Sequence record: MH595538.1 | Reading direction: 5' to 3' (one strand) | DNA: 64,000 bases | Shown here: in pieces, positions 1-9,763 of the stretch | Layout: each line of letters starts with the position of its first letter | How positions within the stretch are numbered: the first letter of the stretch is position 1 | The notes under the pieces: model-generated | What the model was told of the DNA's origin: nothing | The model's database searches: none | What the model saw: the letters and a program-made list of their open reading frames with translations, nothing else | Translations under genes and position numbers: made by a program

Positions 1-37
1 ATATGCTGAAGAATTTAAACGACTCAGGTAGGTATCA

Positions 38-2983
38 ATGAAACCTTATGACTTAGGTCTATTCCAGGCTACGGGTTCAACCCGCTGGTTATCCCCAAGG
101 TATGTAAGAGATGCTATCACTGACAATGGAATCACTAAGGTTTATGAAGGCCCTAAGATAACTGGAGGATTAGAAACTGATGAGTTTCTGATGACTGCAG
201 CAAGAAGGGGTATTGAGAAATCATTAGATAGTATTCCGTATGATTCTCTTTTGCGAAAGTATGTAGATGAGATTGAGAACCCAGCTGACACTAAGGCATT
301 TATGTCTCCGGTGGCACTGGACTTACTCGTCTATGTATATCGATCAGTTGTCTATGAGAATGCAAGAGCGATGAGAGGACAGCCAGGACTAGCCCCTGGC
401 TATGCCAATCGTATTGCTGATCATGCCAGTGATTTGACTTTCAGTGCTCTATGCTTTGCCTATATGCAAGACCATAACCGTCTTTCATTCGGCCCTAACA
501 TAAAGACCGCAGAAGAGATTGCCAACAACATACCTAGCTTTCAGGAGCAGGTAGTCAGTCGTGCCGAAGTGACACGTCAACATTCCTTGTTTCTTAACAA
601 CAGGTTCAATAGCCAAGGACTTGTGGATGGACTAGATGCCGAAATGGCATTTGCCATGCAAGAGAAGCAAAGATTGACGGGTCCCGAAAACAGCCTCAGT
701 GGACTTATCGCCCAAGGTGAGTCCCGGATGGTACAGATACCGGAGGTAGTGGGAATGGAAGATGACTTTACTATGGATCTCGATAGACTAGAACGTCTTG
801 AGAAATGGTCCGATGAAACAGTTATCGAAGCCAGAGAAGCGTATTATCGAGAAAAGGAAACAGAGCTTGCCAAACAAGCACAAGGAAAACAGCTGAGTAA
901 ACGAATAGCGAGTTCTCTGAGTGCCGACGGTAAGACTATGGACCCTAATGCCATGATGCCTTCTTCTATGAATGCGTCGCCGCAACAGCAGCAAGTAGGC
1001 TTTGAAGAAAGCCAATCCGTTCAGAATCATGAAGACATAAAAGTCATTGATAACGAAGCTGAACGTTTCCCAGAATTTGAATTTAAATCAGGAGAAGTTA
1101 TGTACACGCAACCTAATCAGTACACCATGAATCAATATGCTCAGCAGCCTCAAGGCGACCCTTACAATCAAATGGGTCAGGTAAGATTGCCAAGCGGACA
1201 GGCAATCTCATTACAGCAAGGTACTAAGCTACTAGTGGATAAATACGCTAATCCTATCCTGCGTGCTGACGGCCAAATCATTGCAGTGGCAGCAAATTCA
1301 TGCGATTGTCGCACACTAGAAGTATCAATGGGTAACAATGGACAGCCTATCTTTTCTAATGACGGTAATCCATATGTTACGACAGATACTCCTTCTGGAA
1401 AAATGCCATTCCCTATTGGCCAGTCCCAGCAAGCTGAATACAATCAATGCATGCAGAATGGCGGTCAGACACAAGCTCAGTCAATGCCGCCGCAACAACA
1501 GCAGTATAATCATCAAGCGAGTGATCCATGGGCCCACTTGAAGCAGTCTGTACAGCAGCAAGAAAGCAATGCTCCGGCTACGTCCAGTACACCTCAGCAG
1601 TATGACGAAGACCTTACTCTTCCTGCATGGAAACGTAAACATAAGCCTGCTGTATCACCTGCTTCTGAGGCAGCAATGGGTAAAGAGGAGACTCCTTCAT
1701 GGAACGGCATCCCTATGCCCACTGAAAATACCACTGCGAAATCTGAAGTAGCATCACCTGCTGTATCGATTGGCGCAAATCCATTTAACATTGTTCTGGA
1801 CGATGTGGAAATTACTGCCTGTCTTGCTAAAGATGCAAACTTCCGTGCACTACCTGCTTATTCCTTTGAAGGAAAGGTATGCATTGATGAACGTAAACAC
1901 CTCATTGCTCTAGCCATGTTAAAGAACGGCAAAGCAGTTGAGATCGCTTTATCTAAGAGAGAATTTATGGACCGTAAAGATCACGACCCTTATTACTTGT
2001 CTCGCAATCTAGGCGAAATGACAGCTATCGATGCCGTTGAAACAGAAACTGATCCAGCAGGTTTGCCTGATGCGAAAGTAACTCTGTTAAAAGAACATAT
2101 GGAAACCGATAATGCTGAGTATATTGTCACTAGCTTACTTGACGAAGCATCCGGTCACGACACACCGATCATGTTGAACTTGACTCATCAGAATCTAATC
2201 CCTGGTGCTTCAGTACTGAAAGATAAGTTTATCAACCTGCGTGAAGAAATGACCCAGTTCGATGAGCTGCAAAAGTACTACATGACTGCAGTATCTTACC
2301 TGACTGAACTAGGGCAAGAAAGCAAGGCATTTGGCGAATGGCTAGAAAACCATCTATGTACATGGTGGAATGGTGCTCTACGTACTCGCTTCAAGAAGGT
2401 AGATCAAGACATTTCTATCAGCGGTTTCCATGATCCTCAAACTACGAAAGATCTGTTTAGTTACCTACGTGAAGAAAACATGCTGGAAGATTGTCTGCGT
2501 AAGTTCAACTCTGACTTCCTAAGTCTATTTAGCCTGATTCCTCTGTATGCAGGTAAAGATGATTCGTTTGCATTTATTGCGTACGATGACGCTTTTGTAC
2601 AGGTTGAGCATGTAGGCGTAGATGAAGCAGCAGCAGCAGCGATGGAAGAAGCCGGTGAAGATATCGAGCATCTGCCGATCCAATCTGCAGAAGAGAAAGA
2701 ACTTGTTGATTTCATGAATGAGCAAGTACGTATTGACATGTGTCAAGTTTATGATGCAAAAGTCGTTGTTACTCCGACTATGAAACATAAACTGGCTATT
2801 GGTAATATCTCTCCTGTACACCAAGCTTCTTACTATGGTGCTCTGCGCGGCGCATTTAAACACCTTGAACCAGCGGATACATTCATTCGCCTAGTGAATG
2901 GCGCAGGTCAAATGGTAACTGTTGTACGCGATGTTTTGGAAACGGGCGATCGATTCACAGTAATCGACATTGTTACAAAATAA
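38..2983 (+). CDS. Large hypothetical jumbo-phage protein with a Q/P-rich disordered central linker
   Basis: 981-aa ORF with RBS-like GGTAGG upstream. Ordered-looking N- and C-terminal regions flank a Q/P/S-rich stretch of about aa 305-585. Function not recognised. Confidence 0.6.
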   Translation: MKPYDLGLFQATGSTRWLSPRYVRDAITDNGITKVYEGPKITGGLETDEFLMTAARRGIEKSLDSIPYDSLLRKYVDEIENPADTKAFMSPVALDLLVYVYRSVVYENARAMRGQPGLAPGYANRIADHASDLTFSALCFAYMQDHNRLSFGPNIKTAEEIANNIPSFQEQVVSRAEVTRQHSLFLNNRFNSQGLVDGLDAEMAFAMQEKQRLTGPENSLSGLIAQGESRMVQIPEVVGMEDDFTMDLDRLERLEKWSDETVIEAREAYYREKETELAKQAQGKQLSKRIASSLSADGKTMDPNAMMPSSMNASPQQQQVGFEESQSVQNHEDIKVIDNEAERFPEFEFKSGEVMYTQPNQYTMNQYAQQPQGDPYNQMGQVRLPSGQAISLQQGTKLLVDKYANPILRADGQIIAVAANSCDCRTLEVSMGNNGQPIFSNDGNPYVTTDTPSGKMPFPIGQSQQAEYNQCMQNGGQTQAQSMPPQQQQYNHQASDPWAHLKQSVQQQESNAPATSSTPQQYDEDLTLPAWKRKHKPAVSPASEAAMGKEETPSWNGIPMPTENTTAKSEVASPAVSIGANPFNIVLDDVEITACLAKDANFRALPAYSFEGKVCIDERKHLIALAMLKNGKAVEIALSKREFMDRKDHDPYYLSRNLGEMTAIDAVETETDPAGLPDAKVTLLKEHMETDNAEYIVTSLLDEASGHDTPIMLNLTHQNLIPGASVLKDKFINLREEMTQFDELQKYYMTAVSYLTELGQESKAFGEWLENHLCTWWNGALRTRFKKVDQDISISGFHDPQTTKDLFSYLREENMLEDCLRKFNSDFLSLFSLIPLYAGKDDSFAFIAYDDAFVQVEHVGVDEAAAAAMEEAGEDIEHLPIQSAEEKELVDFMNEQVRIDMCQVYDAKVVVTPTMKHKLAIGNISPVHQASYYGALRGAFKHLEPADTFIRLVNGAGQMVTVVRDVLETGDRFTVIDIVTK

Positions 2984-3001
2984 GCGATTAACATAAGAAT
3001 A

Positions 3002-3029
3002 GCTATCAGGGGCACTTGCCCCTGATAGC
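3002..3029. terminator. Bidirectional intrinsic terminator
   Basis: GCTATCAGGGGC-ACTT-GCCCCTGATAGC, 12-bp stem between convergent genes, with a T-tract after and A-rich sequence before. Confidence 0.85.
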
Positions 3030-3047
3030 ATACTTTCTTTTTTCTTT

Positions 3048-3452
3048 TTACTCGAGACGCCGTAAGGTGTCTTCGGTTTCTCTTATTGCTTTGCGTTTAT
3101 ATAGTGCGACATAGAAGTCGACTACAATACGCTGCAATACAAGCATCAAGGATATTAGACCTAAAGTTATTGAGATCATATCACTAACAGCAAGCCCCAT
3201 AAAGAACATCTTTCCGTTTACCACAGTAACAGTCCCATCGGCAACCATCTGCGAGAAAAGGATGTCCACTAATGTAGGGGCATTCTCTGTCGTCAATTTT
3301 TCAACTGGCATAGCAGATAGTTCTTTTCCGTTTGCATGAATAGCAATACTGGCAGACATTCCACTGGTGCCGTAAAATATAGATCCCAAGGTTCTCTTAA
3401 GGTTAGTCCCTTCCTGAAAATAATAACTAACGTCGAGTAGCCATTGCTTCAT
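3048..3452 (-). CDS. Small membrane protein, holin-like
   Basis: 134 aa with a hydrophobic segment (MISITLGLISLMLVLQRIVV) followed by a charged, basic C-tail (YKRKAIRE). Holin identity is inference. Confidence 0.45.
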   Translation of the reverse strand: MKQWLLDVSYYFQEGTNLKRTLGSIFYGTSGMSASIAIHANGKELSAMPVEKLTTENAPTLVDILFSQMVADGTVTVVNGKMFFMGLAVSDMISITLGLISLMLVLQRIVVDFYVALYKRKAIRETEDTLRRLE

Positions 3453-4032
3453 AGAAAAGTCCCTTAAGATAGTCAGCTTCAGCTAGCGCCGCACAGGCAG
3501 AATCTACACTGTGCTCATCTAAGCTTTTAACCTCTATGCTGTCACTATAGGATACGTCCTTACGGGCGATCAGAGCCTTAAGCATATCGTTCTTATCAGA
3601 ACTTCTTCCTTTAACACCAACATGCTTTTTAATCTCTGAAGGTGACATCATTTTAACCATGAGCCTTGGGTTATGATCCCAGATGCAGACGCGATAGATC
3701 ATTAACTGTTCCTTCAATACTCCGAAGGTAGCAGCGAACTTACCCATGAAGGGATGTTCCATTACGATTGCATCAGGATCCCAACGTTGAAGAACGTCAT
3801 TCATCGCATCCCGGTACCCAGAGAGGCGAGCTTCTTTCTCCCCTCTCATGATTGCCAAGGTTCTTCTGCTTCTTAGAAGATCCTTGCTATGTACCGTGTA
3901 TGAATCAACCACAGTTTCCTTGAACGTTTCTAGGTCAATTGATACTAGGCTAAAACCACATGCATTGCTTCCTGGGTCAATACCCATCACATGGATTCTA
4001 TCCCTTACTACTGGCGTGAATGGCTTCATCAT
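3427..4032 (-). CDS. ruvC: RuvC-like Holliday junction resolvase
   Basis: RNase H-fold motifs VMGIDPG, IVMEHPF, SDKNDM and DEHSVDS (acidic catalytic residues). Confidence 0.9.
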   Translation of the reverse strand: MMKPFTPVVRDRIHVMGIDPGSNACGFSLVSIDLETFKETVVDSYTVHSKDLLRSRRTLAIMRGEKEARLSGYRDAMNDVLQRWDPDAIVMEHPFMGKFAATFGVLKEQLMIYRVCIWDHNPRLMVKMMSPSEIKKHVGVKGRSSDKNDMLKALIARKDVSYSDSIEVKSLDEHSVDSACAALAEADYLKGLFYEAMATRR

Positions 4033-4865
4033 GTTAGATATGGTACGGAGTTACCGATTGTAAAGTCTAGCGTAATTTCGCTATTCTGATATCTAAGTGA
4101 ATAGTCAGAGCCAATGAACGATGCACATTGCGCTGTCTGCACTTCGTCATAGTTTACTGTCTGACCGCCGTCTGTACTTTGTATGGCTTTTTCAAAACCA
4201 GAGCAGACCGCCATTTCCGTAATTTCGGCATACTGTCTGGAGCCATAAATAATTTCAGCAGCCTGCAGGATTTCAGAAATGTCCGTATTACTGATTGACT
4301 CGCTGACTTGGCTACTTACTGTTAGGTGCCGTCCGGTGGATTCATTAACTTCGCCGTTAGTCATTGAAACTGGTACGGGGCTAAGTTGTTGAGTAGATGG
4401 CGTGTAGTCTTGAGAAGTAGTGGTCCCATCAATAGTTGTTTCGATCTTGATGGTCGTTGCTGAACTAGACATATCTAGCTTCTTAAGATAGTAAGCGAAA
4501 TACTCGATACCACCATGAGTTTCTAAGCGACGCATTTTGTAAGTTTCACGTTCAGCCGCCGTGATGTCATTATCTGTTTCTCTTAGTCTCCAAGGGAGAT
4601 GTTCAAACAGACATGCATCGGTTACACGGTGTTGTAAGCTGTCGGTTAATGACGCGCCATTAGTTCCCACCACGTTTACGTGACCACCACGCCCTATTGC
4701 AAGATATTGTATATCAGGGAACTGACCTGCAGTCAATGGTTCGTTTGCGAGAATACCAAACTTCTCGTTCAATGTAGAATAAGGAGAAGGCTCATATACA
4801 CCGCCGCTTCGACGGGCTGCTTCCAATTCACTATGCCACGCCGTTTTTACAGTAGTGGATTCCAT
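4029..4865 (-). CDS. phiKZ-like conserved virion structural protein
   Basis: 278 aa with YLAIGRGGH and YFAYYLKKLD motifs, which I recall from phiKZ-like proteins next to RuvC. Not database-checked. Confidence 0.6.
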   Translation of the reverse strand: MESTTVKTAWHSELEAARRSGGVYEPSPYSTLNEKFGILANEPLTAGQFPDIQYLAIGRGGHVNVVGTNGASLTDSLQHRVTDACLFEHLPWRLRETDNDITAAERETYKMRRLETHGGIEYFAYYLKKLDMSSSATTIKIETTIDGTTTSQDYTPSTQQLSPVPVSMTNGEVNESTGRHLTVSSQVSESISNTDISEILQAAEIIYGSRQYAEITEMAVCSGFEKAIQSTDGGQTVNYDEVQTAQCASFIGSDYSLRYQNSEITLDFTIGNSVPYLT

Positions 4866-4877
4866 GGGTATACCTCT

Positions 4878-6947
4878 TTAATTATCATTCAGATAGAAAT
4901 GTTGATTCGAAGACTGTAAAGTTCTATGTAGAGTTTGACCGGCTTTAACTTTAATGTCCGATACAGGATCGATTTTTATTTGTAGAGAGTTATCCGGCGT
5001 AAACTTCATATCGGTACTGAGATCTAGTTCAACACCCATTTGCCATTTAGTGCCGAATAGATGCGTCAAGTACTGCATGCCAGTTTCAATATCATAAGTG
5101 GATTTAGCTCCGAAGATGGGATTGTAGATCATCGTGTTAGGAATCTCTAAACGTTTCGATCTTCTAGCTGCACCTTCTTTAATGATCATGATGTTATACG
5201 ACGTTAGTCGGTCTAAGATCTCTACGATGGCGGATTGCCTTGTACTCATTACGCCATTGATTTGTTCATTATCGATGGTCTGTACAAGAATCTCTTGTGC
5301 CAAAGAAAACCAGTCTTGTTCTGTATAACGTGAACCGTCTATACGATTTCCAACAAGCCAGCTATTAAAAGTACTGTACTGGTCATTTAAGACGCATTCT
5401 GATCGACTCCAGAAGGCCGATGAAAGATCTTGCAGCACAGATTGTGCTAGTGGAGTGCGTTTAGATTCCCATCTCAGTTCTTGTGCAAGCTTGACCTCAA
5501 TGACTCTTTCAGCCAATAGCTCAAACTTTTCATCTGTGTCGACACCGAAAATGTCGATGGTGTTATCATAAAGGAACTGGATGTCTTCCTCAGTAACATA
5601 ATCGGGGTGTGCCAGGCGATCTATTTGTGCTCTTATAGGGTAGACAAGTGGAACAACGCCCTTAACTTCTATATTAGGAATATCGTTCTTTTCAACACCT
5701 TGTGCTTTATTCAGTGCGTATATCATCAAGATGATCAGATCTTTTGCCGGCATGCTTCTCACTGAGCCATCAGGCAGGGTGATCGTTATGCTTGGATTAT
5801 AGATATTATTAGTTGCTAGATAGATCCAGTAATCTAATTTAACTGACAATACTTCAATAGTTTGAGATACTACAGTACCATCTTCCTTAGCTCGCAATAT
5901 CTTGGTTGGCAGATCATCATAACGAACACGGTCAGCTTTTTGCTGTACTCTTTCAACATCACTGTCAAAACTGGCGGCATTAGCAATCGCTTTATCTTCA
6001 GTTAGGTTGTGTACATTACGCACAGTATAAAGGTTAGCTGAGGTAAAGTCAATCTTAGGACTTTCGATATCGTTAAAACTAAACTGCGATACCGGTTTAC
6101 CTTCGTCATTCAAGTTTTGGTAGGTCTGTACAAATCGCATGTTATCGATGGATACGCCCACTGGAGTAGTCAGGTTTTCTATGAGCTTAGTTAACCGATC
6201 TCGTCTACCAGCACGACTGCGAATATCGACAATATTGCGATATAGCCATAGCGCCTGAGCTTGAGATAAATGATCTTGGTAATTATCCAATTCATAATGG
6301 CCGCCTAGATAACTCCAAATATGGAATTGGCTTGCAAACCTTGTCTTGGCATATTTAAGGCGAATATTCATAATCGCCGCTGGCATATGCGCATACATGA
6401 CAGAAAGAAAACAAGCAGGATATAAAGGATCGCTGATGATGAAATCTGGATTCCACCATCTTGCCACATATCGATCAATCCACTCCTGCAATTCTTTTAT
6501 AAGCAACGTTTCATTGGATGCAATCAAAGCGCTATTATAGTCTAAGATTTGAAAGTCTTTTGCTGTTACTACAGTGTCAATATCAATAGGCTTTGTAATG
6601 CCTCTGATTATGATACGGTTATTTGGATAACGTGTAACTAAACTATCGTAAAAATCTCCATCAGGAGAATAATCAATAATCGTACGCGGATGGTTGACTA
6701 AGGTCGTTTTATCGAAATTTATTTCTTGCTGAGTATCAGAAGACACCACTGTCATTCTTGTATCATTGTAGTGATATTCTCCTGATAGATTTAAATTGTA
6801 TTTCCATGTTTTTGGATCTTCTAATACTTCAGCGCCTGCAGATTTAAACGCTTCGTTTATTAGAGTATTTTGCACCTCGTATTTCAAAACAACGCTTCGA
6901 GCAAGAGCCATTGTTTCATCTCGATAGGTATCGAAAGCATAAGACAT
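4878..6947 (-). CDS. phiKZ-like conserved virion protein (gp128-like), divergent from the portal
   Basis: 689 aa with LARSVVLKY and HIWSYLGGH...QALWLYRNI motifs, head-to-head with the portal-like gene as in phiKZ-like genomes (recalled synteny). Confidence 0.6.
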   Translation of the reverse strand: MSYAFDTYRDETMALARSVVLKYEVQNTLINEAFKSAGAEVLEDPKTWKYNLNLSGEYHYNDTRMTVVSSDTQQEINFDKTTLVNHPRTIIDYSPDGDFYDSLVTRYPNNRIIIRGITKPIDIDTVVTAKDFQILDYNSALIASNETLLIKELQEWIDRYVARWWNPDFIISDPLYPACFLSVMYAHMPAAIMNIRLKYAKTRFASQFHIWSYLGGHYELDNYQDHLSQAQALWLYRNIVDIRSRAGRRDRLTKLIENLTTPVGVSIDNMRFVQTYQNLNDEGKPVSQFSFNDIESPKIDFTSANLYTVRNVHNLTEDKAIANAASFDSDVERVQQKADRVRYDDLPTKILRAKEDGTVVSQTIEVLSVKLDYWIYLATNNIYNPSITITLPDGSVRSMPAKDLIILMIYALNKAQGVEKNDIPNIEVKGVVPLVYPIRAQIDRLAHPDYVTEEDIQFLYDNTIDIFGVDTDEKFELLAERVIEVKLAQELRWESKRTPLAQSVLQDLSSAFWSRSECVLNDQYSTFNSWLVGNRIDGSRYTEQDWFSLAQEILVQTIDNEQINGVMSTRQSAIVEILDRLTSYNIMIIKEGAARRSKRLEIPNTMIYNPIFGAKSTYDIETGMQYLTHLFGTKWQMGVELDLSTDMKFTPDNSLQIKIDPVSDIKVKAGQTLHRTLQSSNQHFYLNDN

Positions 6948-6977
6948 GTTTAATTCCTTTTATACTAAGGATCTGGA

Positions 6978-6987
6978 CTATCTGATT
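6978..6987 (-). promoter_or_regulatory. Candidate late promoter motif AATCAGATAG
   Basis: Matches the AAT-N4-T(AG/GA) motif recurring upstream of structural genes. Confidence 0.45.
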
Positions 6988-7016
6988 ACGCCTCACAATA
7001 TCTAACGCTGTGTATA

Positions 7017-7026
7017 AATCTATTGA
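7017..7026 (+). promoter_or_regulatory. Candidate late promoter motif AATCTATTGA
   Basis: Motif match about 22 nt upstream of the portal-like start codon. Confidence 0.45.
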
Positions 7027-7048
7027 ATTAAAACATAAGGGGCCTCAC

Positions 7049-9649
7049 ATGGCGGTTAAAGAAACAGAACCGGTCACTGGCGAAATCATCATTCCTCTGC
7101 AATCACTCATCTTAACTGAAGATGACTTGCCTGAAAATAAAAGACCAGGCGGTCAGAAAGATAAGAAGGGAGTTGATGAAGAGTCACTTAAAAACATCTT
7201 AGTTGAAAGAACCAAGATGATGAGTGACGTGGAAAGTATTTATCAGACTAACCCGGACATTCGTTTAGCAAGAGAGATATTGGTTGCACAAACTCTGTCT
7301 CCTAAAGACTTATCGGCAATTAAGTTTAAATTATTCGTAGATAGATCTGTATATCCTGATAAAGTGCCCTTAGACTTCCTGGAAGAGCTTCAGACGCACT
7401 TTACGACTAAGTTTGACCTAGAGTCCAAGATGCCGCAAATATGCGGTGAAGCGCTCATGGATTATGGTAGCTGGTCTTATCTATTTATTCCTCCTTCGCA
7501 TATCGATGATATCATTCAAGGCAGTAAGCCAGATGAGATCAGTTTAGAGAACATTGCTGATACGTTAAAAGCAAACGTAGGTAATGTATCAACAAGCTTG
7601 TTCCATCGCATCGATGACGATAAAAAGAAAAAGCTAACCGATCTCGGCATTGCTGATTTAACAACTAACCTTTCTTTACTCAAAGAAGGTGTTTATCGCA
7701 ATCGTGCTTTTGTCAATAAGGTAGACAATCTCAGCCTAGAGAGTTACAGTGCTCCCGAAAATGACAAAACAAGGACTTGGCAGAAACAACCGCTCCTGAA
7801 CTTTAAGCGCCGTAATAAGGAAGAGGCACTTAAGAATAACCCGTTGGTTTATAAAGTACCTTCTGACTGTATTCTTCCTATTCATGAACCTTCTGATCCT
7901 TCAGAGCACCTCGCATATCTTATTCTTATTGACTCGAAAGGACGTATCGTTAGTCGTGCTTCAAACAGCGACTATGCTGGCGATCTTGAAAGGAAGCTTC
8001 AGCGCGCTATGAATGATATCAATGGCAATAAAGAAGGCTCTGATTCGGGCAATGGTGATTTTAGAATCATCAAGTCAGTAGATGGATGGGAGCAAGTTGA
8101 TAAGAATGATCCTGAAGAATTCATTCGCCTATATAGCAAATCAGTGATGGAACCTATCATTGAAATGCTAGAGCAGCACGGCATGGATGAAGAAGGTATC
8201 AATCTTGGTGATGATGACCGCATCTATCGTATCATGTTAGAGCGTGCACTGGAGAAGAAAGAAACACGAGTTCTTTTTGTACCTGCAGACTACGTTACTT
8301 ACATGGCTTTCAACTACAATGCATCAGGCCAGGGCGTTGGATTGATGGAGCAGAACAAGTTCTTTGCTTCGCTGCGCGCTATCTTGCAGATCGCAGACAT
8401 GATGAACGCAGTAACTAACTCTGTACCACGTACCGAATTCCAGGTTACCTTGGACGACACGGACAATGATGGCCTAGGTACGCTAGAAGCGTTGATGCAT
8501 GAACTAAGTCGCATGACGGTTCTTAACTTTCCAGTGGGGACGACGAACCCTTCTGACATCATTACGTCTATTCAAAAAGCAGCGTATTCAATCAAAGTAG
8601 ATGGCGGTGACAAATTCCCTAATACGTCAGTGGATCGATCAGATACACAGCGCAGTCGTGCGGTATCAGACTCTGATCTTAACGATGATGTTAAACGGAA
8701 GTTGTTTGCAGGCTTAACCGTCCCTGTTGAAGCGATTGATCGTACTTTAGAAGGCGAGACAGCAACTGCCCTTATCTTGAATGACTTAATGGCAGCTAAG
8801 CGAGCAATGGAGCGTCAGCTTATATTCCGTAAAGGAATTGAGGATATCGTTAGAACGTATTCTTATTTCTCTATGGATGTTCGTGATCTATGTAAGAAAC
8901 ACAAAATCTCGGATGAGAAGTTTGAAGATCTCTTATGGGCCCTGCGTCTTCTATTGCCAGTTGCGGATACGGCTAAGATTGAGCAGCAGGCAGAAACGTT
9001 TGAAACCATGGAACGATTCTTTGAATCTGCCGTGTCTCATTACATCACGGATGATATGCTTCGCGGTATTGTTGGTGATAACCAGATGTCTCGCGAAATC
9101 CTAGACGACATGAATAAGATCTTTGTATCTGAACTTATGCGTCAGTGGATGCGTCAAAATAACATCTTGCCTGAGCTGGAACAGATCGTTGCAGAAGACA
9201 GAGATGAAAACCTCATCACTCCTCTGCGCGAGCACTATAAAGCAGTCTTTAAGAACTTCGGCCCTGTCCTTAAACAGATCTTGGATCAAGCGAATAAGAT
9301 TGACATTCAGGCAGAAAAAGCAAGACAAGCCCATGAAGATGCACAGAACGAAGACGATCAGCCTCAGGGCGGTGATGGTCGACGTGCTGGTGTCGCTACT
9401 CCGTTTGGAGATGACGGCGCTAATGCTTTTGATGATGACTTTGATCGCGAAGGAGGGTTTGACGACTTCAATGAACCTGAAGTTCCAGAAGAAGTTCCTG
9501 ATGACACTTCTGGTGAAGGCGATCAAACAGAGGATTCTGAGGAGCCTGAAGAAGTTCCGGACGATTCTGATGAAGAGCCAGAAGAGCCCGAGAATGACGA
9601 CGATGAAAATACGGATCAGGATGATACCGAACAAATACCTGACGAGTAA
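7049..9649 (+). CDS. Portal protein (phiKZ gp129-like) with a highly acidic C-terminal tail
   Basis: NPDIRLAREILVAQTLSPKDL resembles jumbo-phage portal N-termini. About 866 aa from ATG 7049 (RBS AAGGGG; the track start at 7010 is upstream). The last 100 or so residues are D/E-rich. Confidence 0.7.
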   Translation: MAVKETEPVTGEIIIPLQSLILTEDDLPENKRPGGQKDKKGVDEESLKNILVERTKMMSDVESIYQTNPDIRLAREILVAQTLSPKDLSAIKFKLFVDRSVYPDKVPLDFLEELQTHFTTKFDLESKMPQICGEALMDYGSWSYLFIPPSHIDDIIQGSKPDEISLENIADTLKANVGNVSTSLFHRIDDDKKKKLTDLGIADLTTNLSLLKEGVYRNRAFVNKVDNLSLESYSAPENDKTRTWQKQPLLNFKRRNKEEALKNNPLVYKVPSDCILPIHEPSDPSEHLAYLILIDSKGRIVSRASNSDYAGDLERKLQRAMNDINGNKEGSDSGNGDFRIIKSVDGWEQVDKNDPEEFIRLYSKSVMEPIIEMLEQHGMDEEGINLGDDDRIYRIMLERALEKKETRVLFVPADYVTYMAFNYNASGQGVGLMEQNKFFASLRAILQIADMMNAVTNSVPRTEFQVTLDDTDNDGLGTLEALMHELSRMTVLNFPVGTTNPSDIITSIQKAAYSIKVDGGDKFPNTSVDRSDTQRSRAVSDSDLNDDVKRKLFAGLTVPVEAIDRTLEGETATALILNDLMAAKRAMERQLIFRKGIEDIVRTYSYFSMDVRDLCKKHKISDEKFEDLLWALRLLLPVADTAKIEQQAETFETMERFFESAVSHYITDDMLRGIVGDNQMSREILDDMNKIFVSELMRQWMRQNNILPELEQIVAEDRDENLITPLREHYKAVFKNFGPVLKQILDQANKIDIQAEKARQAHEDAQNEDDQPQGGDGRRAGVATPFGDDGANAFDDDFDREGGFDDFNEPEVPEEVPDDTSGEGDQTEDSEEPEEVPDDSDEEPEEPENDDDENTDQDDTEQIPDE

Positions 9650-9656
9650 AACTACA

Positions 9657-9676
9657 CTACTGCCTTCGGGCAGTAG
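9657..9676 (+). terminator. Intrinsic terminator
   Basis: CTACTGCC-TTCG-GGCAGTAG followed by a T-rich tract. Confidence 0.85.
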
Positions 9677-9687
9677 TTTCTTTCTAT

Positions 9688-9711
9688 TTTTAAATCTATA
9701 TAACCTAGGTG
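9688..9711 (+). promoter_or_regulatory. Candidate early promoter
   Basis: TTT-TAAAT-CTATATAACC-TAG-GTG, one of four copies of the motif. Resembles the phiKZ early TATATTAC element. Confidence 0.6.
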
Positions 9712-9763
9712 CTTAATCGCAATGGTGTTATTAATATAGCAATTTTAATTCAAGGAATCAAAA

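Noticed and set aside
9101-9716. Alternative-frame and antisense ORFs over the portal acidic tail, and the many similar 60-200-aa shadow ORFs in the track
   Set aside because: They overlap long, motif-bearing genes, lack an RBS, and arise from low-complexity or codon-biased sequence.
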